From positions 1 to 48,543 of IMG/VR virus record IMGVR_UViG_3300043039_000024: a stretch of 48,543 nt of DNA. The stretch is one strand, 5' to 3'. The stretch comes from a virus (lineage: Duplodnaviria > Caudoviricetes). Position numbers and translations under genes: made by a program. Positions 1-9,206 of this stretch are shown here, one piece after another. The notes under the pieces were generated by a model. The model saw nothing but the letters and a program-made list of their open reading frames with translations, was not told where the DNA came from and searched no databases. Every line of letters begins with the position of its first letter. Position 1 is the first letter of the stretch.

Positions 1-254
1 CTTTTAATCCCATGTTTTGCTGCCAGCATCTTAACTCATTATGAGTTAATGTTAAAGCCTCGCCGTCCCTTATATATGACGCGGGCGAAACGATATCCCA
101 GAACCAATTCCAAAGGTATTCACCATATTCTGGTATAACGACCTGCGGAGTACCGTAAAAGTCTATTAGCTCGGCTATCCTGCGTTGGGTGTATCCGTGG
201 AAATCAGGCGTATCATATTTAATCCTAATCTCCACGGCATTCACGAGGTCACGG
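1..254. repeat. Terminal direct repeat, copy 1 (circular assembly overlap)
   Basis: Identical to 48290-48543 except A127 vs G48416; reading frames run through the junction. Confidence 0.97.
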
Positions 255-255
255 G

Positions 256-660
256 TTAGGCTCCGAAAAAATTTGCAATGTCTGCCGCCTTGTCGTCAAT
301 CTGTTTGCGGTAATGACCGTCAACAAAACCGAACAACGTTTTAACGTTTTGCAGGTTAAGTTCTGGAGCCGGATTACCATTAAGTTTGGGCTGGGTAACT
401 CCGCGATCTTTGTCCTCTTCCCATCGCCAAGATGCAATGCGCGAGAAAATCATCTCGTCACTCTCGTCTTTGGCGTCCTGATAGGTGCGGTCTTCTTTGC
501 TCTGACTGCGCTTCAAGGTACCGTCAAGGATACGGCGCTGGCAATCCATCACTTTAGGATCATCCGGCGCGTAAAGTTCGATATGCACGCCAGTCGGCTT
601 TTTAGTGACGGGGGCTTTTAGTTCAAACTCAAAGTGCTTTGATTTAAGACCGAGTTCCAT
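256..660 (-). CDS. Tail assembly chaperone (gpG-like)
   Basis: Lies between tail tube and tape measure genes; ends in a slippery sequence. Confidence 0.8.
   Translation of the reverse strand: MELGLKSKHFEFELKAPVTKKPTGVHIELYAPDDPKVMDCQRRILDGTLKRSQSKEDRTYQDAKDESDEMIFSRIASWRWEEDKDRGVTQPKLNGNPAPELNLQNVKTLFGFVDGHYRKQIDDKAADIANFFGA
265..274 (-). other. -1 programmed frameshift site (A AAU UUU / U UUU UUC) giving a gpGT-like fusion
   Basis: Minus strand reads GCA AAT TTT TTC; the -1 frame continues FRSLTRDLVNAVEIR without a stop into ORF 48180-48533. Confidence 0.85.
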
Positions 661-672
661 GAATTTCTACCT

Positions 673-1146
673 TTAAGCTGCTTCGACAATAATCTGCACT
701 TGGTTAAGGCCAAGCTGATAAATCTCGTGGTCAAGTCCTTCAACTTCGCCGTTAACTACACGCGACCCAAGAATGATACCACGGTTATACCGGCATTCCC
801 CGCTAAGGCGCTCAATTTTAAATGCATAGTTGTTTACGCGGTTTGATAGCTCCGCGCCAATACGCATCTGGATTTGGCCGGGGTCAGAACCCACACGACG
901 AACCTCGACTTCGGGGGACCCAGCATTTGATGTGCCAGCAAACTGCTGCTCTACGTCCTCGTCCCACGTCGGATCAGTCAGCACATTTGTCGTGGTGCCG
1001 GTTTCTCCGTGGTTTGATACCTTACCAACTTGAAGCCAAGTCAATGCCTCATATGCGGCCTGATTAAGCGACGAATTTTGCGGTAGGATATCTCCGCTCC
1101 CGTCAACGGCTACGTAAAGTTTTGCGCCAATATTTGAACCAGACAT
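673..1146 (-). CDS. Major tail tube protein
   Basis: 157 aa; LTWLQVGKVSNHGETG...FAGTSNAG and DPGQ motifs; position after tail terminator. Confidence 0.85.
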   Translation of the reverse strand: MSGSNIGAKLYVAVDGSGDILPQNSSLNQAAYEALTWLQVGKVSNHGETGTTTNVLTDPTWDEDVEQQFAGTSNAGSPEVEVRRVGSDPGQIQMRIGAELSNRVNNYAFKIERLSGECRYNRGIILGSRVVNGEVEGLDHEIYQLGLNQVQIIVEAA

Positions 1147-1149
1147 TTA

Positions 1150-1548
1150 CTACTCCTTGGTCTGATAGTCTACGCGGATGGGTAGCCGCCAATCAGCCCC
1201 ATCGCGATAACCGGTTTCAAGTTCTGGCGGCTTGTTGATAATTATTAACCCATTATCAGTTATAATGGATGTTGGATACGGGAACAAACTAAAAACATCG
1301 TTTGCAATGATATTTGCTGGTGTCGTGAATTTATTGCGCTCAATCACAACTGTAATCATCACAGATCCACGGGTGATAATGTCCCCGCCTGACCATGTTT
1401 CATCCGTGCGCGATACCGGGATGTGATCAAAAACAACAAAAGGCCGGTCTGGGTCCGCGTCCTGATTGGGCCAAACAATCGTGCGGCCCGGTAACCCATC
1501 GCGTAGATGCTGACCTATAGCCGTTTCGATTTCGCTTGGTGTCATCAT
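1150..1548 (-). CDS. Tail terminator-like protein (DUF4128-like)
   Basis: IVWPN...WRLPIRVDY pattern; synteny. Confidence 0.7.
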   Translation of the reverse strand: MMTPSEIETAIGQHLRDGLPGRTIVWPNQDADPDRPFVVFDHIPVSRTDETWSGGDIITRGSVMITVVIERNKFTTPANIIANDVFSLFPYPTSIITDNGLIIINKPPELETGYRDGADWRLPIRVDYQTKE

Positions 1549-1988
1549 AACCCGCGTACCCTAGCGACATTTTTATTCACAAACTCGGGCCATTTTTCAA
1601 CCGCCCTCGTCATGAAAAACCATCCTGATTGGTTGTAAGTCCGGCCATCGCTATCGGTCCCGGTAAATCCGTAATTGACACGAGCGGCATAACTTACATC
1701 CCATGAAAATGTTGCAGTTTCGCCAATATCAAACCCCGCAAGTGCTACAGCGTATGATGCCTGACCTTTTGTTTTTAGGCCCCCAACCTCGCTGGTAAAG
1801 CTATTAATCAGGTCTGATTTAACAACAGGTATGCGGCCTTCGATTAGCGTACCCCCAGCACTTTTGCCTTGCGCACTGTTTTGCGCTTCACGACAAACGT
1901 CTGTGAGGCTATCAATAACCACCTTGCGCATTTTTCGCTCAGTGTTTACCACCATTCTGTCAACTTGTGACCTAAACGTTCTAGCCAT
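1545..1988 (-). CDS. HK97 gp10-like tail completion protein
   Basis: PV..SDLINS and YAARVNYG motifs; synteny. Confidence 0.75.
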   Translation of the reverse strand: MARTFRSQVDRMVVNTERKMRKVVIDSLTDVCREAQNSAQGKSAGGTLIEGRIPVVKSDLINSFTSEVGGLKTKGQASYAVALAGFDIGETATFSWDVSYAARVNYGFTGTDSDGRTYNQSGWFFMTRAVEKWPEFVNKNVARVRGL

Positions 1989-1989
1989 T

Positions 1990-2982
1990 CTAAACCTCGA
2001 TCACGGGTTCATAAAATGCGGTGCATCGGCATCCCCAATTTTCTTCAGGTCCGCCCCTTGGGTCATGCGGGTGTTTCATGTGCGTACCATCGGGTAATAC
2101 AAAATCCTCACTGATAGGTATGCGCGTTCCTGATATCGCCTGATGCTGTTCGCGGGCTTTCTTTTGGCTGCCCCTATTCCAGTTCCAGACCTTATTTACT
2201 CCGTCCACCTGCCCCGCGTCTATTAGCTGGGTCATGCCCTCGTCTTGACCTGCGGCTAATCCTGCATTGGTTTCAAGGCGCGCAATACCCTCGGCCCGAT
2301 ATTGTATTTGGCGTTCGCTATATCGATTTGTAATCTGGTCAATCTGTGTTTCGGTTAATGGCTTTTCATCTCTGATAGCCTTTGCAATCGTGCGATCAAA
2401 TCGCTTGTCGCGCAAAGCCTTCTGAAAATACGAGGGGTCTAAATTCCTCAATTCCCTTTTTGCATTCATAACTGCGTCTGCTTGCGGCTTATTAAGTCCG
2501 ATAAGCCCTTGCGTCCTTCGCCCTGTATTTGGATTGCGCGGGCCAATTAATTCCATAGCTGTTTTGCGTGGGCTCTGGCTCAATTCACGGCCATTTGAAA
2601 TCACTTCCTGCACAAGCGGCAAAGTGTCGTCGCTAATCTGCGTGATCATCTCACTGGATTTCTCACGTATCCATTGTGTAGCTCTTGGGGTGTTTCCGCT
2701 AAACCCAAATGTACCGCGTCCGATAATTGTTGAAGCGCTTTGCCCGCCAGCGACATACGATCCGCGCAGAGCCTCCGTCATCGGGAAAAGCGTTCGATCG
2801 TCAATATTAAGAGCATCTACAACGCCAAACGCATCGCCCACCTCAATAAGTGCGATCAGGTCTTTGAGATTGATTGCAGTCTTTGCGTCGGTCATTGCAG
2901 CCATAAACGCCTTAGCCATCTGCGGGGAATATTCCGCAAGAAGCCTGTCGTAAATGATTTGCTGTTGACGCTTGATTGCCAT
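1990..2982 (-). CDS. Minor head morphogenesis protein (SPP1 gp7/Mu gpF family)
   Basis: RAEGIARLE, KVW, REQH, HPHDP...NWGCRC motifs; ATG overlaps upstream TAA. Confidence 0.85.
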   Translation of the reverse strand: MAIKRQQQIIYDRLLAEYSPQMAKAFMAAMTDAKTAINLKDLIALIEVGDAFGVVDALNIDDRTLFPMTEALRGSYVAGGQSASTIIGRGTFGFSGNTPRATQWIREKSSEMITQISDDTLPLVQEVISNGRELSQSPRKTAMELIGPRNPNTGRRTQGLIGLNKPQADAVMNAKRELRNLDPSYFQKALRDKRFDRTIAKAIRDEKPLTETQIDQITNRYSERQIQYRAEGIARLETNAGLAAGQDEGMTQLIDAGQVDGVNKVWNWNRGSQKKAREQHQAISGTRIPISEDFVLPDGTHMKHPHDPRGGPEENWGCRCTAFYEPVIEV

Positions 2983-3353
2983 TATTTCCTGCACTGCAAT
3001 TCATAAAGAATATCAACCCCGCCGGGGCTTGTTTTATTAACTGCGAGTATAGCGTATTCTGTCGATGAAATCACGATACGATCTGATGTTTCTGGAACGG
3101 TGCCAACGCTTTCGACCAGCACACGCAAATCACTTGCGCGGATGTTTTCGCCATCAATAAGCCGCTTGTCGAACGATCCAACGATTACCGCAAGTTCGAT
3201 TGGTGTTGGTTCGCCTGCCGGTGGATCCCACGGATTTTCAGGCTGTGGTGCTGGCCTCATTAACGTGGCGATATTGGCGCTACCTGTCCCAACCTCTGCC
3301 CCAGCTTGGCGTAATCCCTCTGCTACCTGTTTGGCAATGTCAATACCTGACAT
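2982..3353 (-). CDS. Head closure / head-tail joining protein
   Basis: IDGENIRASD...P.GVDILYELQCR pattern; synteny. Confidence 0.7.
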   Translation of the reverse strand: MSGIDIAKQVAEGLRQAGAEVGTGSANIATLMRPAPQPENPWDPPAGEPTPIELAVIVGSFDKRLIDGENIRASDLRVLVESVGTVPETSDRIVISSTEYAILAVNKTSPGGVDILYELQCRK

Positions 3354-3794
3354 CTAGCACCTTTGTGCATTAAGAGTGCGCAATCCAACGCCAACGCGAA
3401 CAGACGGCATGCACTTGGATAGCATCGCGTCAATCTTGGTGCTTACTGGCCGGACGGCATCTGCTGCCCGCCCCGTGTCCGTCTTGCTGCCCATTGTGAT
3501 CGGGGTCCACCGGATAGTATCCACCCCGGTTAACACTTTGGCTTGGTCATTGCTAAATGTGGTGGACCAAAAGCCCGGCGTTGCCAGCTCAAGATTTGCC
3601 GCATCGTAAGTGGCCTGTTCAATCGTTTCATCTGGCATGACACAGCCAGATCGGAACCGCTCGACATAGGTGTATCTGATGTAATCGGATGCACGGACAA
3701 GTGCCGCAGATGCATCGTCATCTGATGCATCCCTTGGCGCACTATCACCACGCTCTAGGGCATATGCCCGCCAGTCTACGATTGTCCCATACAT
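3354..3794 (-). CDS. Head-tail adaptor (DnaT-like phage family)
   Basis: YGT...AY..ERG...AALVRASDYI motif; synteny. Confidence 0.7.
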   Translation of the reverse strand: MYGTIVDWRAYALERGDSAPRDASDDDASAALVRASDYIRYTYVERFRSGCVMPDETIEQATYDAANLELATPGFWSTTFSNDQAKVLTGVDTIRWTPITMGSKTDTGRAADAVRPVSTKIDAMLSKCMPSVRVGVGLRTLNAQRC

Positions 3795-4090
3795 CAGCAT
3801 TCCTCCCATTTTCCGTTACGCAGAAAACCATGCCATTTGCAGGGCATCCCGGTGTTGTGAACTGATGGCGTTAAAGTCGGATTTTCTTTATTGCCATCCC
3901 ATTTCCAAACAGGATTTGGTGACCCACTGGTAGTGAAGGGCATGAAACTTTCCTCTCCGCAACCGCACGGGCAGAAAAATCGCATACCTAGAGGCTTGTC
4001 GCGATCGGGAACGTAATCAAAGGCCCCAGCGTGATCTTTGCCATTCCCTCGATTGGATGGAATGTTTAGGTATCTGGCTTCAATCGCCAT
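3794..4090 (-). CDS. DUF6527-like Cys/His protein
   Basis: CPCGCG, WKWDG, PTLTPSV, CKWHGFLRNGKW. Confidence 0.7.
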   Translation of the reverse strand: MAIEARYLNIPSNRGNGKDHAGAFDYVPDRDKPLGMRFFCPCGCGEESFMPFTTSGSPNPVWKWDGNKENPTLTPSVHNTGMPCKWHGFLRNGKWEEC

Positions 4091-4096
4091 GCCGGA

Positions 4097-4438
4097 TCAC
4101 TCCAAAATGTAGGCGGTCAGATCCTCGCCATCAATCGAGATGGTCCCGTTCAGGTAACGGTAAATTGTGTCAAGGTTGATCGCCTTAACGACACCAGCGG
4201 CGACGGTAAAAACAAAACCGCCAGACACATCAACGCTACCAACCCCCGGAACCGCCACGGTTGATCCGCCATCACCATCAATGGTGCATTCAATCGGAGA
4301 CGCAGTATCATTGCGCAAAACCAAGATCTGACCGGACCGCTGGGTGAAAGTGAAATCGTTTGTGGCTGTCAATGTGGTTTCGGTAACAACCACGTCGCCG
4401 GTTACGCTAGATACAAGGGTTTTTGCTACAGTAGCCAT
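4097..4438 (-). CDS. Hypothetical beta-rich virion protein
   Basis: GAGGTG RBS; head-region position; T/V/G-rich composition. Confidence 0.6.
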   Translation of the reverse strand: MATVAKTLVSSVTGDVVVTETTLTATNDFTFTQRSGQILVLRNDTASPIECTIDGDGGSTVAVPGVGSVDVSGGFVFTVAAGVVKAINLDTIYRYLNGTISIDGEDLTAYILE

Positions 4439-4512
4439 GTCGTCACCTCACATTAAATATTTTTGACGTAATAAACAAAAGTCACGCCTACAGACGCAGC
4501 CGATGTCCGCCA

Positions 4513-4800
4513 TCATTCCGCCTCCGCAATAGCCTGTTCAAGACGCTCTGCGCTCCACCGTCCGTCAGGCTTCTTACCGGTCAATTCTTTGTAATCTGCG
4601 CGGAGTTTGGTTAGCTCGTCTGGCTTGTAACCTTCAACAGGATCAACCATTTTTGGGTTAACAACCATTTGGCGGTCATCTTCAACAATTTCATAACGGC
4701 CATACCACCCCTTGGGTTCAGCAGAAACGGTAAAAATCGTCCCCACCTTGATCTCACCGCTATTGCCGTAGATACCCGGCTTTGTGATCTTGATCTTCAT
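4513..4800 (-). CDS. Small protein after the capsid gene with a HeH/Rho-N-like C-terminus
   Basis: LRADYKELTGKKPDGRWSAERLEQAI; GGAG RBS. Confidence 0.65.
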   Translation of the reverse strand: MKIKITKPGIYGNSGEIKVGTIFTVSAEPKGWYGRYEIVEDDRQMVVNPKMVDPVEGYKPDELTKLRADYKELTGKKPDGRWSAERLEQAIAEAE

Positions 4801-4819
4801 GCCAATTCTCCAAGTGATA

Positions 4820-4843
4820 GGGAGCGGGTTTTATACCGCTCCC
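4820..4843 (-). terminator. Hairpin after the major capsid gene (terminator or mRNA stabiliser)
   Basis: GGGAGCGG...CCGCTCCC 8-bp stem just past the stop codon; no strong U-tract. Confidence 0.55.
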
Positions 4844-4850
4844 ATCATGA

Positions 4851-5900
4851 TTAGGCGTTAACCACAACCGAGTAAAACACGCCAGTACGGCCATTGATAT
4901 CGGCTCGGATTTCAAGGCCCATGGCACCCATAACCAAAAACTGATAGTTGTCAGTCGGGTTCGTGCGGGTCTTTGCCGTGGTGTTGACCGCCATGCCGAC
5001 CAGCGGACGGATGTAATCAGAATTCGGAACAAACCCGAAAAACTCGTTACCGCTCAACTCGAAAGTGGAAACAATTTTATTGATCCGGCGATTGGTCAAA
5101 AGGTATGACATTAACGTGCCACCCTTGAACCCCGACGAACCGGAATAAGACCGATCCCAATTGCGGGCAATCTCTGGCGACACATAAAGGTTTACTGCAC
5201 CAGAAATGTAGTTGTCATCAAGCATCTGACCCAATGTCTGCGTGATAAAGGTATCAATCGCGTCGGATGTGGTTGTAGTTGCCGCAAGATCAATACCGGC
5301 ACCAAGACCACCAAGGTTGATCGACTTGGAAAACTGGTTGGTGCGAATACCATAAGCAGGATAGCCCTGAACTACGATGGAGCTATCACCATCAAGGGCA
5401 AATTGTGCCATATCACGGCGAATTTTCGCTACCGTCGCTTCTTGATCATCCATCAGCGCATCAAAGTTTTCAGACTGCAAGGTATTCCATTCGCGCCATT
5501 CGCGGCCATAACCAGTCGAAAAGATCGGAACCGGCGTACCGCGATAGTCGTAAACGACCTTATCCATGTCGTTCGGCACTTGGCCAGACATTGAACGGTT
5601 TACTTTGTTGTTTACATCAGACGAAACGCGGGTCAAGTGAACCAATTTGCCGATGTTAACCGCCTTAGCGAGCGGCATAAGGTCAGCCATATAAGCTTGG
5701 CCCTCGTCATTGCGCATGACGCTACGGCCCATCTCATCCATTTCCTGCCACGCCTCACGCGGCAATACCGATGCGGCGTTAGTCACCTGTGCGAACTGTT
5801 CCTCGGTGCGGTGCCACCACTCGCGATTGGCGCAAAGGTCTTGCCACCACCCCGCGTGGGGGCGGCTGTTAGCGATAAGCTTCTCGTCAAAATAACGCAT
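4851..5900 (-). CDS. Major capsid protein
   Basis: 349 aa; GYGREWREW motif; follows protease and decoration genes; GGAGG RBS. Confidence 0.9.
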   Translation of the reverse strand: MRYFDEKLIANSRPHAGWWQDLCANREWWHRTEEQFAQVTNAASVLPREAWQEMDEMGRSVMRNDEGQAYMADLMPLAKAVNIGKLVHLTRVSSDVNNKVNRSMSGQVPNDMDKVVYDYRGTPVPIFSTGYGREWREWNTLQSENFDALMDDQEATVAKIRRDMAQFALDGDSSIVVQGYPAYGIRTNQFSKSINLGGLGAGIDLAATTTTSDAIDTFITQTLGQMLDDNYISGAVNLYVSPEIARNWDRSYSGSSGFKGGTLMSYLLTNRRINKIVSTFELSGNEFFGFVPNSDYIRPLVGMAVNTTAKTRTNPTDNYQFLVMGAMGLEIRADINGRTGVFYSVVVNA

Positions 5901-5913
5901 TATTCAGCCCTCC

Positions 5914-6372
5914 TTAAACCGATGCAGTGAGATAACCCTGCGACGGACGGAACTTAATCAGCGCCTCTGCCCCAGTGGTGTTATTGAAAACTTCTTCTGC
6001 GTACCCAATCACCTTGTCACCAAGTGACGCGATGGCAAGCAGACCACCAGCGGCTGGGGTCAATGCCGTGCCGATGGCTGAAATGTTGACGCTATTGGCG
6101 ATCCGGCCCGCGTACAGCATCTCCGGCAACAGCTCCATACCAATCACGGTGTCGCCACCCAGCCAGTCATCATCAACACCCTTCATTGCAAGGTAATTGT
6201 CCTGACAAATCCAGACCTTGCCAACCGTGGTTGCGGCGGCATTGTCAAACTCACCGCTTGACACGACCAAAAGGTTGCCCGGCGAAAGATCGCTATCGGC
6301 GGCGGTCAATTCCAAAACTTGCGGCTTGGCCTCACTTACAGGACCGAGATAAATTTTATTGTAACGCGCCAT
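5914..6372 (-). CDS. Head decoration/cement protein
   Basis: 152 aa between scaffold/protease and capsid genes. Confidence 0.7.
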   Translation of the reverse strand: MARYNKIYLGPVSEAKPQVLELTAADSDLSPGNLLVVSSGEFDNAAATTVGKVWICQDNYLAMKGVDDDWLGGDTVIGMELLPEMLYAGRIANSVNISAIGTALTPAAGGLLAIASLGDKVIGYAEEVFNNTTGAEALIKFRPSQGYLTASV

Positions 6373-6374
6373 GA

Positions 6375-7481
6375 TTATTCATCCCCCTTCGGAAGCTTAA
6401 AGCCATCATCATCTGACTTTCCGCCAAATGCGCCATTGATTGCGGCGGCCTTGCCCGGCTTAGCCTTTTCAGCAAGCGCCTTGGCTGCATTCAAGGTCAG
6501 GCCCTTGGCGTCCGCCTCATCAAGCAGGTTGGCCTTTACGATCTGGGTAACGTAGCCTTCCAATTCGGCGTCGTCTTTCGCCTTCTGGTTGGCCTTCATC
6601 TCGGCCATGTTGTCGGTCAAAGGCTTAACGGCGTTCGTAACCGCGTCGCCGATTGCCTTGCCAATGCTTTCGGCACTCACGCTTTCCGCAAGGCTGTTGA
6701 CCTTGGCGGTTAGCTCTTTAAACTGCTCATCAGTAACAGCCATTTCGGTTTCCTTTTCGATCTGAGATCCCTGCCCAATTGCTTTAAGCAGGAGTGCTTT
6801 AAGTTGGTCGGCGAGAGATGCTTTCTCTCGCTTGTCAAGGGCGCGGACAACATCATCCATGGCCCAATCAAGGCAATCATCTGCTTTATCAAGAGCGGAA
6901 TTAATCACCTCAATATCTTCGGTGCTACCCGATGAATTTACATATACGCCAACTCCCTGATCAGGTGTGGCGGCCCCTTCTTCGTTCAGAAGGATTGCGT
7001 CATGATCAAACATGATGTCGCGTGCAATGCCGTCGTATTCGTCCGTCTTGGCTTCTTCTACATTGCAGAAAAGCCCAGTGCTGGTATGGATGGGGTCGCC
7101 AATATCTAGCGCGGCCAATACGGCGCGCCCACGATCGGTTGTATTGGCAACTTCCACGTCAATGACCTTATCCATGAATACCCGGCCATTCTCACGACGA
7201 ACGTTTTCATTCCACGCCCCGATATGGCCGATATTGATGCCTTCTGGGTCGTGCGCAGAAATGAACTTACCGTTTACCATCGGATGACCGTAAGGCGCGT
7301 TCGTGCGCTCCAAACTGCGGTAGCTCTTTTCGATCTCGTCCGCCGGGTACATAAGACGGTTCATGACGATATTGTCAGGCAACGTCGCTGCTGACACCAC
7401 CTTAACCTTGCGGCCATGGCGCATTTCGTCACGTGGCTTGGCGTTGGTAATGCAGTGTACATTTACCCTAATTCGTTTCAT
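6375..7481 (-). CDS. Prohead protease / scaffold (DUF2213-like)
   Basis: P.GHP, HTSTGL, FDHDAILLNEEGAATP; Ala/Lys-rich helical C-terminus. Confidence 0.8.
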   Translation of the reverse strand: MKRIRVNVHCITNAKPRDEMRHGRKVKVVSAATLPDNIVMNRLMYPADEIEKSYRSLERTNAPYGHPMVNGKFISAHDPEGINIGHIGAWNENVRRENGRVFMDKVIDVEVANTTDRGRAVLAALDIGDPIHTSTGLFCNVEEAKTDEYDGIARDIMFDHDAILLNEEGAATPDQGVGVYVNSSGSTEDIEVINSALDKADDCLDWAMDDVVRALDKREKASLADQLKALLLKAIGQGSQIEKETEMAVTDEQFKELTAKVNSLAESVSAESIGKAIGDAVTNAVKPLTDNMAEMKANQKAKDDAELEGYVTQIVKANLLDEADAKGLTLNAAKALAEKAKPGKAAAINGAFGGKSDDDGFKLPKGDE

Positions 7482-8799
7482 CGTCAGGCCCCTCAAAAGT
7501 TACTGTTAGCGGCTCCATACCGACCACTTCACGAATTTCGTCTGGCGTAAACACGATCTCACCACCCATCGGCCCTGCAACCGAACTATTAACATTTGCC
7601 ATCTTAACGGCGCGGTCGATCTTTTCGGCCATGCTTGCCTCGGTCAAATCAGACCAGTTGATAACCCAATCACGATCCGGGATCATACCAAACCGCTCAA
7701 GCCGGTTAAGCATCTCCTTGATTGTCGGGCGGCAAAGATTAACCCGGCGTGACATAACAGTCTGCGACCATTCGGCTGCGTCTTCTTGGCTTGCGCGCTC
7801 GCCCGTCTGCATACCCACCATGATTTTAATCGGCATGCCCCAGCTTGAACAATGCATCTGCAGTGGGGTCGCGAAGAAATGCTCCGGGCTTGGCAAAGAA
7901 ACGTTAATTGGCGTTACCTTCATGCCCTGCGTCATTAAGCTGGACCCAAATCCCTGCAGAAACTCGCTAATTGCATCATCAAGCTTATCTGGTATCTCTT
8001 CTTCCGTGACACCCATAAACGCTGCCATATCAGCGGCAACAGCGTCTTTATCAATCTCTAATGCAATTGCAGCCCGTGCCGTTTTCCAAAAACCTTCGCC
8101 GCCAGCCCCCGCGATCTTTTCCATATCCAAAAGAGAGTTATAGCTAGGCTCCAAATCGGACATCGCATTAACGGTGCCGTCCTTTGACCAGATAATCACT
8201 CGATCAGGATGCACGTTAAACGACCGTTGGTTCCCGTTGCCGTTGGAGCTATTGCCGTCAGGCAGGGCCGCCTCGTTGAACTGAAACATCTTAGGCTGGC
8301 CGTAAGTCTCGCTATCGCGCTCGTCCGATCCCCACTCCGAAACGGTCAACTGTCCAGCCCATGCCGGGATAACCTCTACCAGCGCATCAAGCCCGCCGGG
8401 AACGCGATCAACCGGCTCTGTCCACCCCTTGTTATCAGCAAGACGCAGGATAATGCCCGCGTACCCACCAACCATAGACCGCGCATCTGCATCGGATACC
8501 TTTTGCCAAAACCGCAAGTCCTCTAGGCGCTGGCGAATGTCTTTTTCAATCTGGCTTTCGGTTGGGGTTTCGCTTTCCCAGATTTCAGGATAGTCTTGCC
8601 ACGTTTTCAGCTTGGTTTTTTCAACCGACGCGTGGGCAATCCCGTTGCGGCGGTATGTCGCATATAAATCGTGAAATGTTAGCTGGTCAGGGTAGCCATA
8701 GTCTGCATAGATATTTCGCTTGGGGTTAACATTGTAAAACCCCGGAAACATCTTTCCGATTGACCGCTGTACGGCATTTGCAATCATGCTGCGAGACAA
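7468..8799 (-). CDS. Portal protein (DUF1073-like)
   Basis: 443 aa after terL; YRRNGIA, VHPDRV, QTGERAS motifs. Confidence 0.9.
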   Translation of the reverse strand: MSRSMIANAVQRSIGKMFPGFYNVNPKRNIYADYGYPDQLTFHDLYATYRRNGIAHASVEKTKLKTWQDYPEIWESETPTESQIEKDIRQRLEDLRFWQKVSDADARSMVGGYAGIILRLADNKGWTEPVDRVPGGLDALVEVIPAWAGQLTVSEWGSDERDSETYGQPKMFQFNEAALPDGNSSNGNGNQRSFNVHPDRVIIWSKDGTVNAMSDLEPSYNSLLDMEKIAGAGGEGFWKTARAAIALEIDKDAVAADMAAFMGVTEEEIPDKLDDAISEFLQGFGSSLMTQGMKVTPINVSLPSPEHFFATPLQMHCSSWGMPIKIMVGMQTGERASQEDAAEWSQTVMSRRVNLCRPTIKEMLNRLERFGMIPDRDWVINWSDLTEASMAEKIDRAVKMANVNSSVAGPMGGEIVFTPDEIREVVGMEPLTVTFEGPDDETN

Positions 8800-8920
8800 A
8801 GCAATATCCTAAACCTATTTCTGGTTAAAGATACATGGTTTCAGAGCGGGTGTAAACTTTTTGTTTGCGTTCTGTTCTAACCCACCAACAAGCAATTTGC
8901 ATTTTTTGCAATTTAGGGTA

Positions 8921-8979
8921 TTGACCCGATAAAGTTTGTATGCGATGGTGTATTTATCGAAACAATGAGCAAGGATTAA
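8921..8979 (+). promoter_or_regulatory. Sigma70-type promoter with ATCGAAACA leader and AAGGATTAA RBS
   Basis: TTGACC-N17-GATGGT with TG extension; leader shared with three other sites. Confidence 0.6.
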
Positions 8980-8984
8980 AAAAA

Positions 8985-9158
8985 ATGTGTAAATGTGAAA
9001 ACGGATCTGATTGTCATTACGGTGAGGATGGTTTAGAACCTGCGGAAGCATATTTTATCGAAGGCCACCCCATTTATGGGAAAATGTGCTTGGACTGCAT
9101 CAACCAATACAATGAAGATATCAAGCACATGGACAATGAAGATTATGATGCCCCTTAA
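8985..9158 (+). CDS. 57-aa Cys-rich acidic protein, moron-like, antisense to the late operon
   Basis: Own promoter and AAGGA RBS; CKC...CH...CLDC; fills the terL-portal gap. Confidence 0.65.
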   Translation: MCKCENGSDCHYGEDGLEPAEAYFIEGHPIYGKMCLDCINQYNEDIKHMDNEDYDAP

Positions 9159-9206
9159 TGCTATGTCCGCGAAATACGCGCATCTTGCATAGATAACTGA
9201 AACCAG

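Noticed and set aside
1-254. Physical direct terminal repeat of the virion DNA
   Set aside because: It falls inside the chaperone gene, far from terS; more simply an assembly overlap of a circularly permuted genome
7468-8799. Anti-CBASS Acb1 label sometimes attached to this family
   Set aside because: Size, position and motifs fit a portal; I see no separate 2H-phosphoesterase domain
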